Shown here piece by piece: positions 25,266 through 38,584 of a stretch of 64,000 bases of DNA. This DNA is from Octopus sinensis (Eukaryota), in the NCBI RefSeq assembly GCF_006345805.1, contig NC_043000.1, positions 143,716,001-143,780,000 of the forward strand. The letters run 5' to 3'. Made by a program: the position numbers and the translations under genes. Under the pieces are notes generated by a model that did no database searches, was not told where the DNA came from, and saw only the letters and a list, made by a program, of their open reading frames with translations. Positions within the stretch are counted from its first letter, which is position 1. Every line of letters begins with the position of its first letter.

Positions 25266-28200
25266 TATCTGTCTCTCTACGTATAAGTATATATGCACAC
25301 ACACTCAAACGTGCAATGATTATATATTTATATAATATTCTTTGTATCTTGGAAACGTGATTTTTGCAGAAACAAGAAATTAATTTTAAAAACGTTCACT
25401 ACAGCATCTAATATTTTATTCGCTCTTAAATTTCCCCAATAAAATAATTCAGACAGCGTAAGGGAATTAAGCTTCCATATTGTCATAACTCATAGAGAAA
25501 TGGAGACGAAGATTTCTTATAATTCGGAAAATTCCATGAAATAAAATCATCCAATTAAACTCCAAAATATTTCCTAATTAAGTTAAGAGAAAATTCTCCA
25601 TGAAAACAATTAGAAAGTAGTATCAAAAAACAATATAAGTAGAAGTCAAATACTGACAAAATCACAGAACATGTTATAATCATTGCTGAATTCTCCAAAA
25701 TGAAGATGGTGATTGATATAAAGCTAGAAGTGATAACGAAAATGAAATAACCAATCAAAAGAAAAACAAATAACGAAACGAAAATAAATGCTTAAGAATG
25801 AGGTGTTTTTTTAAATATATTTTTGAGAGGACTAACTAAATTGGTTCCAGTAATGAGGTTCTAGATGTAGGTTGTGCCGATTACTAGTTGTGAAACGTGT
25901 TTAATTAAAACCGTCATTAAATTAGAATCCCATATAATGAGGAGCCGTACCTATAGCCACAGTAATTACAACTGTGAGTAAAATACTTGAGCATAAGCTC
26001 TGAAACATGCTTTTGAGACAGCATTCACTTATTCGGTTTCAAAATGAGTAATTAACAGAGAGAAAGTAAAATATTAAGTATATTAAGAATTGACCCTTCA
26101 GACGTATTCAAATCTTTGGTGAGAATAAAAAATGTTTAATGATAGCATTGAAGTAGAATCTATGGCATCCAAATTCTTAACTACTTTATATTTGTCACGT
26201 TCATCCAAATGTGCATTCCTTCACGTGGAGTCACGTGCATATATGTATGCTTTTATCCAGTTTCATATGTATAGGTGATTATATAACATATATTTCTGAT
26301 GTATATTGGATGAGAGAATGATTTGTAATATTCAATCCATTACCAAACAGAAGCAGAATATCGCTTATTTTAAATTTACGATATCTAGTTACGAGCCCCC
26401 AAAATAATGCATGTTAAAGATATATTTTAAACCGTGTATCGTAGCTCCCATTCTCAAAATTATATGATCTGGGTACTTGATGCTATTCTCATAAAAGCAA
26501 TCATTTTAGTGCATTTCTACACTTATGTAGATTCACAAATTTTACTCCAAACTCAATTTAAATTGACTGCAAACTGAATGAAATATGGTAATAATACGGT
26601 TAAGTGATGCCAACCGCTCTTTGTTTGTACATTTTCTATAACCTGACATGCTGCATGTTAGTAAGCATAGAAACAGTGATATTATTACATCAAAGAATTA
26701 TACATGCAAATGTTTTATGTGTGAAAGAACGTATAATTACAGGGAGAATAATAAGTATGTATTTTCGTTTGAGAACAGATATATAAGATCGACAACACTG
26801 AAACGGTGATATCCAGAATCATTAATTTAGAATACATATCAGTGAAAAATCGATAGAGAAAAATAATGAACACTGCATTCAAGCCTTATTTACCCATGGT
26901 TTCTACGTTATGCCATATATTGCAGACGTAAAGGTTAAATGGCTGTGCTGAATTCTTTTTTTATTCCTTCGAAGAAAAATCTTTCTAACGTATGTACCTT
27001 AATGAGTAGTGAATTATATTGCAAAGGAAAATACTGTTCTAATGAAAATGTTTTATATAATTATTGTTGCTAGTGAATGTAATAGACAATTTATAAATTA
27101 GTAATGTAATAAGAAAGTTAGAAAATTGACTATACAGTTGGTGAGAAACAATCCATTTTTCATTTTAAGGAAATAAAATTTTCAAAATTACGTAGATAGC
27201 GAGTAACTCATCACAGCATTTTACGAAAATAAGATATTTTAATTAATCGAAAATATAGGATATGAAATTTCATACGGAAATAATATTAAAATAATTTTAG
27301 TAGAGAACAGATTTCTTACATCGTATTTCATATATTGCTGTTGCTTTTCTATATGAATTATATTTGTTAACCGTCTCCATGTTAAATAATCTGTTATTCA
27401 AACAGTTTAGGTCTGTGTTAATTCAGTGCAATATTTGGTAAAATTTAGACTTGGGGTGTTATTTATGATAATCACCCTTGTAACGATTATGAGAAATAGT
27501 TTAACGTATTTAATGAATCGTTGGGTTGAGTCATGTATTTATAAGCAAATGTCTTGCGCTTGAACTAACTCTTCATTATTGATATCTGGTATTTCTACAT
27601 CAATTGAATTTTCCTTAATACTCGTACTTCACCCTTTTACGCTGGCTCCACTGCATAAACGATTTATGGAGCCAATTTTCGAGTAGGATTACCAAAGTCC
27701 CAGTGATGAATCATTGTGAGTTGCTATTCTTGATGACCTTTGCTGATTAGCAAATTGTCTCGTAAAAATCTATAATACTTTTGTGTTATGTGAAAGGACT
27801 TAATATACAACCGTTATTATTTCTTTAGAATGCATCATATTTCTGTTTATGATTATTTTACGAAAGCAATCATAATTTCCTCCCCGCCTACAATCTTTTC
27901 TATATTTTCTTGTTTGTATGACTTTGTAATCATCAACAGTTACACATTGCATCTATATCAATTTCCAAAATTAATCCGGTGGAATCGATTGTAGCTGTGG
28001 CCTTTGTCGTTTCTAGCAGACTGGGTGAAACCAACATTACCATTTCTCTTGAGCATTTCCTTCTGGACGACAGAAGAAGAGGCACGTTCTAACGGACAGA
28101 TTTTCTTGGAAAAAATGAATTTGTTATTGAAAAGCAGTGAGTGGGCGGTTGGGAAGTATTTGTAATGCCAGTGAAGGGATGAAAATAGCATTTCTACTTA

Positions 28201-30519
28201 ATGGGCTCTGAGCTTCTCGGTGTGTAATATTAGATTGTGTCAGATGCGTGTGTACGTAACAGTATTGGTTAACTTAACTGCTAAGAGTATAACTTTGTGT
28301 ACATAACTAAAAAATTCTGGCTCCGAAGAATAAGGTTGGCCTTGCAACTGCAGTTTTAGTGATGTTGACGATGTACGTATGATAAAAGAAATCTTTAATC
28401 ATGTCGAACCTTAACATTTGAAAGGACATTGACCTTTCTTGTGTCATATGTTTTAAAGTAGAATTAGTGGTAAATAATAATTTTCTCAATACTTGTATTA
28501 TGCAGTGTAAGAAACTAGTCACGAAACTAGTGATCACTATTTCAGTATCAGTTTATATTAATCATGAGTTGTCGAGATTGCAAATAAAGAACTCATAGTT
28601 ATATGTTAATTGGGATAAAAAGTAGCATCAATGGTGTTGATGTTGGAGCCTTTAAGAGTTGGGGCAAATATTTATGTAATTTGTAGAAGACAATATAAAG
28701 AGAATAAAATAGAAACATGGAACACACAGAAGAATTATACTCAGCGAGAGGGTAAAAGACATAAAGAAAATTGCATCACTTCTTGATTGGTGTGATATGA
28801 ATGGAAGCTACTGGTGAAAGAATAAAATGGACGGATGGAGTAAATTGTCCGATAGTAATGGATTTCGATTTAGGACTGGTCCAGCAGCTTTAGAGGGTGG
28901 GGTTCAATCGCTAATACGCACAGACACAAATACATACATGCATGCTTGTATGCAGTCACATTTCGATATCCTTCCAATGCATTTCTCAGTTGTAATTATG
29001 AAAATCTTTACTTGACTGCTTGTTTACTTTGTTGTCTTTCACACTTCTGGCGTGTGATATTTGTTTACATGTAAACGTCACATTAATTTGATCTTTAACT
29101 TTGTAAGAGCTGTTATATATATATTTATGTAGTAATTATAATATATTTATACTACTATCATCTCAAAGCCACATGGTAATTTGTCACCATTTTCTGTACT
29201 ATGGAATACTTTGTGTTGACACGCTCCCTTTTTCAACACTCTGGGTAATAGCTTGACTTCATTATTTAGGTATGAATACATACTGTTAGTTGGAGCATAT
29301 TTATCGGGCCAATATTTATTTTAGAGTCTCTGCAATGTAATGGCAACTAAGAATGCTTTGCACAGTATTCATTTTCAAAATATGTATAACAATACTCTCT
29401 AATTCTGCTGTGCATTAAATAGCGATTTCGCTACACAACTTCATTTGTTCCAAGCATTTAGTTCCTAGAGGATATTCTATTTCATTTAACGCTTATAAAT
29501 TACTAAGTCAGACAATTTTTTTTTATTAATCTTAATGTTTCAAATTGTTCTTGGTATATTTGTTTTCAGATATTCCATTATCTATATAATAAATTGTTCG
29601 TTAGCATTTTCTCGAAGCAATTTTGAATCACATGTCATTGTATATTCCTGTGGAACTATCGTATGTAATGTTCAATATATTGAAACATGCTTATGCATAC
29701 AGACCGAAAATTAAGAAGTAATTAAGTCCCTCTAATTACAATGTGACAATTTATTCATATATTCGCTTACACATACACATAGGTAAATTGACTGAGTATA
29801 TGTGCATATTTTAATACTAATTATTAGAAGTTGTTAATATTAAAATTCAAAGATGAAAAGACAAATACGTTCGAAATATATTTCCAGGACCATCGATATG
29901 GAAACGTTTATATTTTCTAATCAACATCGTTATAAACATACAGCTATTCACGTGCACACACAGACGTATACACACATACGGACACACACACACACACATA
30001 CATTCCCACGCACAGACACACAGATTTCCGCAGAGACACGACAGACACTACTCTCTAACATTACTACAAAAGAACATATTTTTGGAGAAGTGTAATCCAT
30101 GAAGGTATGAAAATTATGTTTTGGATATATATTTGAGACAAGTACAGAAGATGAAAAACAAAGCAGATATCGATGAAAAACGAAAATACGAAATACGTAA
30201 ATAATAAACCATTATAACTTGTAACGATTTTCATATATTTGCACACACGCAGATATAGTGGCAGTGTATGTGTACACATCTATGTTGTACCTGAAACAAG
30301 AGCAACAACGACAACAAATAATAATAATACTGATGATGATGATGATGATGTCCTGTTTTAGTAGATTGACAATATCAAGCATTAAGGACTAATTCGATAA
30401 AAGCTAAGATGACAAAAACCAAGGAGATTCTCAATATAGGTTATGCAAATAAAAAGAGGTAAATGTTACTCATATGGTTAATGAAGAAGGTAGACACGAT
30501 ACCACAAGTAATTGGCAAA

Positions 30520-30830
30520 TTGTTCAAGAAGATTGGAAAAGGGATTTGTGATAAATTTGTGCAGTATACATTTTATGAAATGCAGAAATATCGTCAAAGT
30601 TATTGGTTTTATTAAAAAATACCAGAAAACTTTAAATTGAAGTCAAAATTAAAATTGAATATGAGCACATGAAAGCAGTAGTAAACGTTTGTGCGCTGTC
30701 AGGGACGATTTAAGTATCAGCACTGAACATAGCTAAAAATGATTTGTGCAAGTGTGAAAGCAGAACACCTACAAAAGTCGGCATTGCTTGGACCTGCAAG
30801 AATCCTTCGCAGGGTTCTCGAAGCATGACC
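30520..30830 (+). mobile_element. 3' coding end of an R4/Dong-like (RLE-type) non-LTR retrotransposon
   Basis: Remnant KYQKLKIEV, then EHLQKSALLGPARILRRVLEA* (~30763-30828), the canonical C-terminus of R2/R4-type RLE ORFs. Confidence 0.65.
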
Positions 30831-31814
30831 AGTAAGTAAGTATCTCAAGTGGCATGTGCGCGTATATTTCTATGCTGCTTTGCTATGACTGAGCATGTAG
30901 TTTGTTGACATTTTTCCTGTTATGTGCTTTTGCATTCCACGCTTAATGCTACCATGTATGTTAACAATAGGATTGGTTATGCGAAAATGTCTAATATGTG
31001 TATGTACTCATGCCATTTAAATGCGTTTGTGTGTGTGTGTATGTGTGTGTGTGTGTGTGCAGTGATTGCCATGCGTATAGAGATGTGGATATTTTATGAT
31101 GTAAATGTTAGTGACTGTATGCGAATATATGCAATGCGTGTGCTTTGTGATTGTATGATTATAGTGCATTCTGATATGACTATGTATGCATATGTGTTAC
31201 ATTTAAGTGAGGTGATAGTGTGTCGATTAAAGGAAAATGTTTTTAGTATTTGAGTCCGTGCAGAGTGGATACTTGAGGAATAAATTTGAGCTCCTGTTTA
31301 CACTGGAGTGGAGATTCGTACGACCCGCTGAATAGAACAACGTCGAAAATAGATTGATACCGAGCAGAGTGTTTCTTTGAGTGCTGCTTTCATTCAGTAG
31401 AGCAGCCAGATTAACGTCATTCAGTCTGGAACTGCAGAGCGATCATATTTAGCAATAAATGGCATCGTTTGCGGTCGTTGGCATGTGAAAGGAACAGTGG
31501 TGAGGTCCAGTGAAAAGGGTGGTGCTGAAAACTCAGAGGCAGGACTGTCGGCGGAGAAGAGAATAAGTGATTCAGGATGGGTTAAGATCACTATACAGAG
31601 GAAGGTTAAGTTTGAGGAACCGAAGGACAGATATATGTATATATGTATATAGTTTGATTTGAAAAAACCCACTAGAAGGGGAGAAAGCGCTAATGATCTA
31701 AGTGATATGATATATATATATAAAAAATGTAATATACAAATAAATATCTGTAAATATAAACCATCTGATCTTCTGAGTACCTCATTTCTTCTAATATATA
31801 TATATATATATTAT

Positions 31815-31916
<102 letters not shown>

Positions 31917-32099
31917 CATAGATAGATACATACATATATATATATATACATAGAGAAAGAGAGAGAATGAGAGAGATGGGGAAAGAGAGAAAGAGAGAGA
32001 GGGGGAAAGAGAGAAAGAGAGAGAGAGAGTGTGTGATAGTTGTGAGTTGTATGGGTTTCAGATATTCAAATTAAAGTAGTCAACAGCATGGGCTCACAA

Positions 32100-32293
32100 T
32101 GTGTTCAAGAAGATTAGAAAAGGAATTTGTGATAAATTTGTGCAGTATACATTTAATGAAATGATGAAATATCATCAAAGCTATTGGTGTTATTAAAAAT
32201 ACCAGTTTTCTGGTTTTTTTAATAAAATTAAATATGAGCAACACGAAAGCAGTAATAAACATTTGTGCGCTGACAGGGACGATTTATGGATCA
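32100..32293 (+). repeat. Second diverged copy of 30523-30720 (RLE-type LINE fragment)
   Basis: gttcaagaagatt.gaaaagg.atttgtgataaatttgtgcagtatacatt...tttgtgcgctg.cagggacgattta is shared by both positions. Confidence 0.8.
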
Positions 32294-32559
32294 GGGATAT
32301 TCAGAAACAACCCCAGAATATTGAATATGATGACTATACTTGGAATAATCCACACAAATTGTGACGTTCTTCGACTTCCACTGCAGACGAATCCTGGAGT
32401 AAGAGACTTGATTAGTTTCGTGGAATGTAAACGCAAAATATAAAAATATCTCCATAAGAAATGAATTGAAAATATAAAGCTAATCGAACGTATCATTTCT
32501 TGACTGATGTGAAAACGACTGTTATGACAGAGGTGACAAATGCCTTCATAAGGATGGGT

Positions 32560-32561
32560 TG

Positions 32562-32619
<58 letters not shown>

Positions 32620-32785
32620 TAAAAATAAAAATAAAACTTATAATAAAAATAATAATAATAATTAGAAGAAGAAGAAGGAGGAGGAGGATGAGAGGAAAAA
32701 GAAGGAGAAGAAGGAGAAGAAGAAGAAGAAGAAGAAGAAGAAGAAGAAGAAGAAGAAGAAGAAGAAGAAGAAGAAGAAGAAGAAT
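32560..32785. repeat. Compound (TAA)n-(GAA)n microsatellite
   Basis: Direct reading of the sequence. Confidence 0.95.
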
Positions 32786-33430
32786 GAAAAGTAGGCTTGC
32801 TGCAACGAAATAGCAAAGTATAGACAATGTGTTAGATGACAGGAGTACCGATACACTTGACCAGGCAATGTGGAAGTGGATACGAAACCAAAACCTAAAG
32901 GTCAGAGATGAACTGTTAATATGTGAGACACAAGAAGCAGCGGCAAGGAAGTACATAAACCGCCATAGCGATAAGAACGGTGACGTTGAATTATCTTTAT
33001 GTACTTCGGGGAAATGAAGGAGGAACCATTAATCACAGTGTAAGTATATGTAGCCCTCTTTCCACTAAGAGAATAAAAAAAATGTCAACATATATCTCAC
33101 TGGACTTTATGCGAGAAAGTAATTTGGACATAGCTAATATGTGGTGAAATATCAATCGAATGCGAGGAAGAAAATTAGAATATTAAGTTGTAAAATTTGA
33201 AGATTCAATACGAAGGAGGAGAGGCAAGTTATTGTCAATGTGAACAGGAAAAGTTATGGAACAACGGCTGAAATGCAATCTTTGTGTGATAACAGAATGT
33301 GGGGGAAAATAAACAAGGGCAAAAAAATATCAAGTTCTAAAGAGACTTCTAAGAATTGTGCAACATCAGTAAAGCTGAAATGGTGTTTGTCTGAGGACAC
33401 TAGAACTGAAATTCCAGCAGAACTGTTATA
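32785..33430 (+). mobile_element. R4/Dong-like non-LTR retrotransposon fragment (CCHC knuckle + restriction-like endonuclease)
   Basis: MWKWIRNQNLKVRDELLICETQEAA (cf. WxWLxxGxLKxETExLIxAAQEQA), GTINHxVSxC, HWTLC, EENxxIKL..KIQ and KKYQVLK remnants appear in the expected order. Confidence 0.75.
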
Positions 33431-34952
33431 GAAACAACAGTAACCTAATGAAGATACCCGAAGACTAAGTTTATAAAACACTATCATAATACTTTTGGTC
33501 ATTGGTTTTCAAAAGCGACAAAAGTCCTTCTTGCGACAGTGTCTATGAAAATATCTATTTATGATTGACATGGACAGGTTTTTAAATGTTGGTGTTCATA
33601 GTGAAAACAAACGATTGAGAAAATATGTCTGTGAATGTAAACACATTTCATTAAATTGCATATTGTTCAAAAGGTATCACCATTATCTATGGTCAATTAA
33701 ACCCCAGGGAACTGACTACCAAATGTTAGTTCTTTTACTTTAACTCCTAGCCTGCCGGTGCATGCTAAGAGTAGTGTCTTTCACTCGGGCCATAAGCAAC
33801 AATTTCACTTAAATCTGCTCCAGTCCTCGACTGTTTTTTTATTTATATCGCTCCCATTCTGTCACTCGTTTTATTTTGTATCTTTTACTTGTTTCAGTCG
33901 TTAGAATGCGTCTATACTGGGGCACAGTGTACGTTTTACCTTTAGTTGCATATTAAGTGTTTTGACACTTTTATTTGGCTAAACTACATTAAAGCCAGCG
34001 GTGAAATTTCTACAAAATGCTCGCTCCATATGTTAGAAATAACAGTCAAATCATTTCCCTATAACATCTTATCACGGACACCTTAGATTATGTAGATTTA
34101 TGGCATAGCTGAAATGCCATTGGTTGTAGGTGTGCTCGGTCAAGTGAGACCTAGAGTTAAACAGCTATAGTAGTACTAGATTGTGTAATTGTTATATATT
34201 GTCTTTGTTGTATCTATACCTTTTCTTTTAGAATGCAAGGGTGCAGTCTAAGGGAAATTTGGCTACTATTTCAAGCAGGCCGATCGACTAAGTTGAGTCG
34301 TCCCTTCTGGTTACTCTCGATACTGTTGTCTTTGCCGTTATGTTTGTCACTGCTGCTGATAGAGCTAATGACGATGATCATCATAGTGGTGACGGTGAAC
34401 ATAACACTAAGAACGGTAATGGCAGCGTATATGGTTATACTCTTCATATAAACATTTTGAAACGAAGCTCTAAACAGATAGTAGGCGGAGAATATTTACG
34501 TAAACATTGTCACGTAAACACAATTTCCCCAATTATAATATTACAGCCACTTTATTGTTTGCTGTAACAACAACGACACACTATATCATATTTACTTATC
34601 GACAATATAGACAGACACTACAGCTCCTAGTATTAAGTCATGAGCCAGTTAAAGATGCTCTCGGAATATATTCTAAATCGATATTAGATTCATTTTAATC
34701 AATTCGAAATAAAGCTGTCTGGATAATGGAAAATTACAGGCCAAACCTACTCGATTTCATTTTCATATATTTATATAACAACCTCCCCTCTCTCTCCATC
34801 CCACTCTCTCTCTCACCTTCTCTGTCTCTCTCTCTCAGTTTCAATATCTATCAATGCGTCCGCGTAATCAATATTTGTACATAATATAACTAGCAGCATA
34901 TATGCCGACTCCTATCTATCTGTCCTCTTATCTATTAATTGTATCTACCTGG

Positions 34953-35022
34953 CTGTCTTCCCTTATGCACCTTATCTACCTTACTGTCTTCCCTTATGCA
35001 CCTTATCTACCTTACTGTCTTC
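34953..35022 (+). repeat. 31-bp tandem repeat (~2.3 copies)
   Basis: ctgtcttcccttatgcaccttatctacctta repeated head to tail. Confidence 0.85.
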
Positions 35023-35930
35023 TATTTATATTGTCTATAAGTTTACCTATCTATCTTTTTGCCTATCTATCTATATATATATATCTATCTATGTATCTAT
35101 TTATCTATCAAACTCTCTATCTAAATATCTTTCACATCTATCCCTGCATATCCTACTCATATATATTCGTACTACCCACCTTACCTATATATCGTACCAT
35201 ATCTATTTGTCTAAGTATATATTTGTTTACCTACCTACCTTTCCATCCAAGTGATTGTTAATCTATATTTTTCTCTTCCTCTGTTCCTGTGTGTTTATGT
35301 GTCTTAATGTATTTCTTTTAACTTTGTGACTTATTCTCTTTATCACTCTCTCCCTCCACCCCCTCTCTCTCTCTCTTTTTACTGCTACAAATATTTGTCT
35401 GTCTTCGTCTGTATGGGTCGATGCGTGCATGAGTGTATCTCTGTATGAATGCATATTCTTATAGAAATTATTTGGCGGTGGGTGGATGAGAGGGTATCTA
35501 TCTACCTGTCTATTTTCCCTAACTTTCTCTATTTAAGTTTTTCAACATGTTTTTCTATAACTCTTTATTGCTTCCTATGTAAGACGAGGCTTGTTGACAA
35601 GTAACATAATATCAGCTGTTTGTTAAAAAAAAAAAATAAAGTTATTTAAATTTGAGCTTTGAATATTGAAGCTCGGCAAAAAATACACTGAACCTGAATG
35701 AATGTATGTGTTGTTTACATCAAGAAACCTGGATGAATAGACTTATGATTAAAGGCATTCCTGACTTGACTATCCGAAACTATTTAAAGTCATCTTCTAT
35801 CAAGGAATATTATATTTGATATGTTGATCTATTTCGTGAAATGTACGACATGTTTTATTGAATAAGAGCGCTATTTCTAGCGGAACGAACAAACGCGTAG
35901 ATCTTCATTGGTTGACTCTTCGTACGCATA

Positions 35931-36343
35931 CTCTTTACTCTTTACTCTTTTACTTGTTTCAGTCATTTGACTGCGGCCATGCTGGAGCACCGCCTTTAAT
36001 CGAGCATCTCGACCCCGGGACTTATTCTTTTGTAAGCCCAGTACTTATTATATCGGTATCTTTTGCCGAACCGCTAGGTAACAGGGACATAAACACACCA
36101 GCATCGGTTGTCAAGCAATGCTAGGAGGACAAACACAGACACACAAACACACACACGCATATATATATACATACATATATACGACGGGCTTCTTTCAGTT
36201 TCCGTCGACCAAATCCACTCACAAGGCTTTGATCGGCCCGAGGCTATAGTAGAAGACACTTGCCCAAGGTACCACGCAGTGGGACTGAGCCCGGAACCAT
36301 GTGGTTGGTAAACAAGCTACTTACCACACAGCCACTCCTGCGC
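35931..36343 (-). mobile_element. SINE family 2 (tRNA head, CORE-like segment, internal microsatellite), full length
   Basis: Reverse complement of 47129-47535; head gcgcaggagtggctgtgtggtaagtagc...gggctcagtcccac...ttgggcaagtgtcttctactatagcc; (CTCTTTTA)n tail. Confidence 0.9.
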
Positions 36344-36389
36344 ATGTATTGTTTTTCTTTTTGGATCCCTTTTTACCTTTTCAGATCTT

Positions 36390-36710
36390 TATTTTTTATC
36401 GTTTACTTGTTTCAATCGTTTGACTGCGGCCATACTGGGGCACCCCCTTGAGGAGATTTTTTCGAAACCGCCAAGACTTATCTTTTTAAATCTAAGTACT
36501 TATTCTATCGACATCTTTTGCCCATACTCTATGTTACGGGGACGTAAACACACCAACAGCGGTTTATCAATCGGTGGTGGGGGTCAAACACAATCACTGA
36601 GATACATACATATAATATATGTATATATATACGACGGTCTTCTTTCAGTGTCCATCTACTTAATCCGATCACAAAGATTTAGTCGGTCCGTGGTTATAGT
36701 AGAAAAAACC
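36390..36710 (-). mobile_element. SINE family 2, 5'-truncated diverged copy
   Basis: tttacttgtttcaatcgtttgactgcggccatactggggcacc...ggacgtaaacacaccaac...gacggtcttctttcagt follows the previous copy in tandem. Confidence 0.8.
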
Positions 36711-36798
36711 AACGGAAGTTGACATATATACACATACATACATACATACATACATACATACATACATACATACATACATACTTATATACATGTATCAT

Positions 36799-37003
36799 TT
36801 TTATACAAGCTCAAATCTTATGGCGTTCGCTGAGCAATGACTAAGGAAAGTAGACGAATAACGGGGAATATAAGCCCTCGACAGAAAAAAGAAGGGTTTC
36901 TTATCCGAGTGAGACACGAACCCGCATCCCTATGTTAACGTGACTAAGTGCGTTACCTTTACGGTAGTGAATTAGCCCCCCCTGCTTCTGTCAAATTTAA
37001 GAA
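36799..37003. repeat. Upstream diverged copy of the internal module of the fold-back element (copy 2 at 37119-37294)
   Basis: Shared gcaatgact.aggaaa...ataacgg.g.atataagccctcga...gtgag.cacgaaccc.catcc...gaattagc...ctgtcaaatttaagaa. Confidence 0.85.
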
Positions 37004-37039
37004 ATATATTAGTTCATATTTGTTTATGTAAATAAAACA

Positions 37040-37057
37040 GTTTTGTTATACGGTGCC

Positions 37058-37092
<35 letters not shown>

Positions 37093-37437
37093 AATCCTGT
37101 TAACAATAATAATGGTAATTTTATATAAGCTTAAAGCTTATGACGATCACCGTGCAATGACTGAGGAAAATAATCTAATAACGGAGCATATAAGCCCTCG
37201 AAAGAAAAAAGAAGTTTTTCCTTTCCGCGTGAGGCACGAACCCACATCCTTACTTTTACAGCAGCGAATTAGCAGCCTCTGTCAAATTTAAGAACTATCC
37301 AAGCGGGTAGGAAAGCCTTCTGTTTTTTTCTTTCCAGGTCTTATATGCCCCATTATTAGAATATTTTCCGGAGCTTATATAAAATTACCATTATTATTAT
37401 TTACAGGATTGTAAAATATGGCACCGTATAACAAAAC
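37040..37437. mobile_element. MITE/fold-back-like element with ~66-90-bp terminal inverted repeats
   Basis: 37040-37131 (gttttgttatacggtgcc...acaatcctgt...aataataatggtaattttatataagct) is the reverse complement of 37372-37437 apart from an (ATT)n expansion; a second inner inverted pair lies at 37176-37197 / 37338-37358. Confidence 0.75.
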
Positions 37438-38228
37438 CCTTCACACCGAAAGCATATATGCATACGCACACACACATAAACACACACAAACACACACACA
37501 CACACACACACCACACACACACACATACACATACACACACACACATACACACACACACACAAATAAGACAAGGTAGAAAATGGTAAATATCTTATAAGGA
37601 AGAACCTTTTAGTATCGGTTTTAGTATTTGCACCTTTTTTAACTTAGAGTAAAACATGAAAAACAATTAAACTATGGGAATATTAACTGAGATGTTTTTC
37701 AGAATACTTCTATAGTTTTCAAATGCAAGGGGCATTTTCGTTTTTTTTTCCTTTTTTGTGTCGGTTTCTTTCACTTTTTCTACTATTGTGGGGGCTTGGT
37801 AGCAGGTGGTAGGTAGAAGCAGTCCCAAAAGCGTATTTGATACGAGTTCTTGGTTTTGATTGTTTAGCCGAGGAGAGAGGCGGCGAAGACGAAGAAAGAA
37901 TCGATTTAAGTTGTAGTTTTTATACACCCTTTCTCTTTTCATGTTTCATTGATTTATTGTGAAACATGGGAAGATCTGTTTCAACGCTTTCCATTCTGAC
38001 TCTAACGGATAAGAGGAAACTTGTGCAAAGCTGTATCGGTGCAATTCCGTAGCATTGGAACGGAAGAGATGCATGCATTTGTAAATTTTATCCTTACTTA
38101 TTATTTTTTTTTTCTTTGCAGAAGCTGAGATTCTCCAAATGACATGATCAGCCTTCCTGTAAGATATTATACAATATATATATATTTGTTTTGATATGTA
38201 TATCTATATGTGGCTATCTACATATCAA

Positions 38229-38353
<125 letters not shown>

Positions 38354-38474
38354 TGCATGTGTGTATGTATTAGCACCCAATGTTTTCTCTTTGACTCCTC
38401 AAATATCAAATACTCTCTAAAATATATTTCTGTTCTTATTTCCAACTCAACTTACTATTCTTTCTATATATCTG

Positions 38475-38584
<110 letters not shown>

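Noticed and set aside
27950-28400. Plus-strand reading resembling an adhesion-GPCR GAIN/GPS region (ITISLEH...TF*...GGW...CNC)
   Set aside because: Key W/C residues are stops or mis-spaced, there is no HLT motif, and it mirrors an open minus-strand frame.
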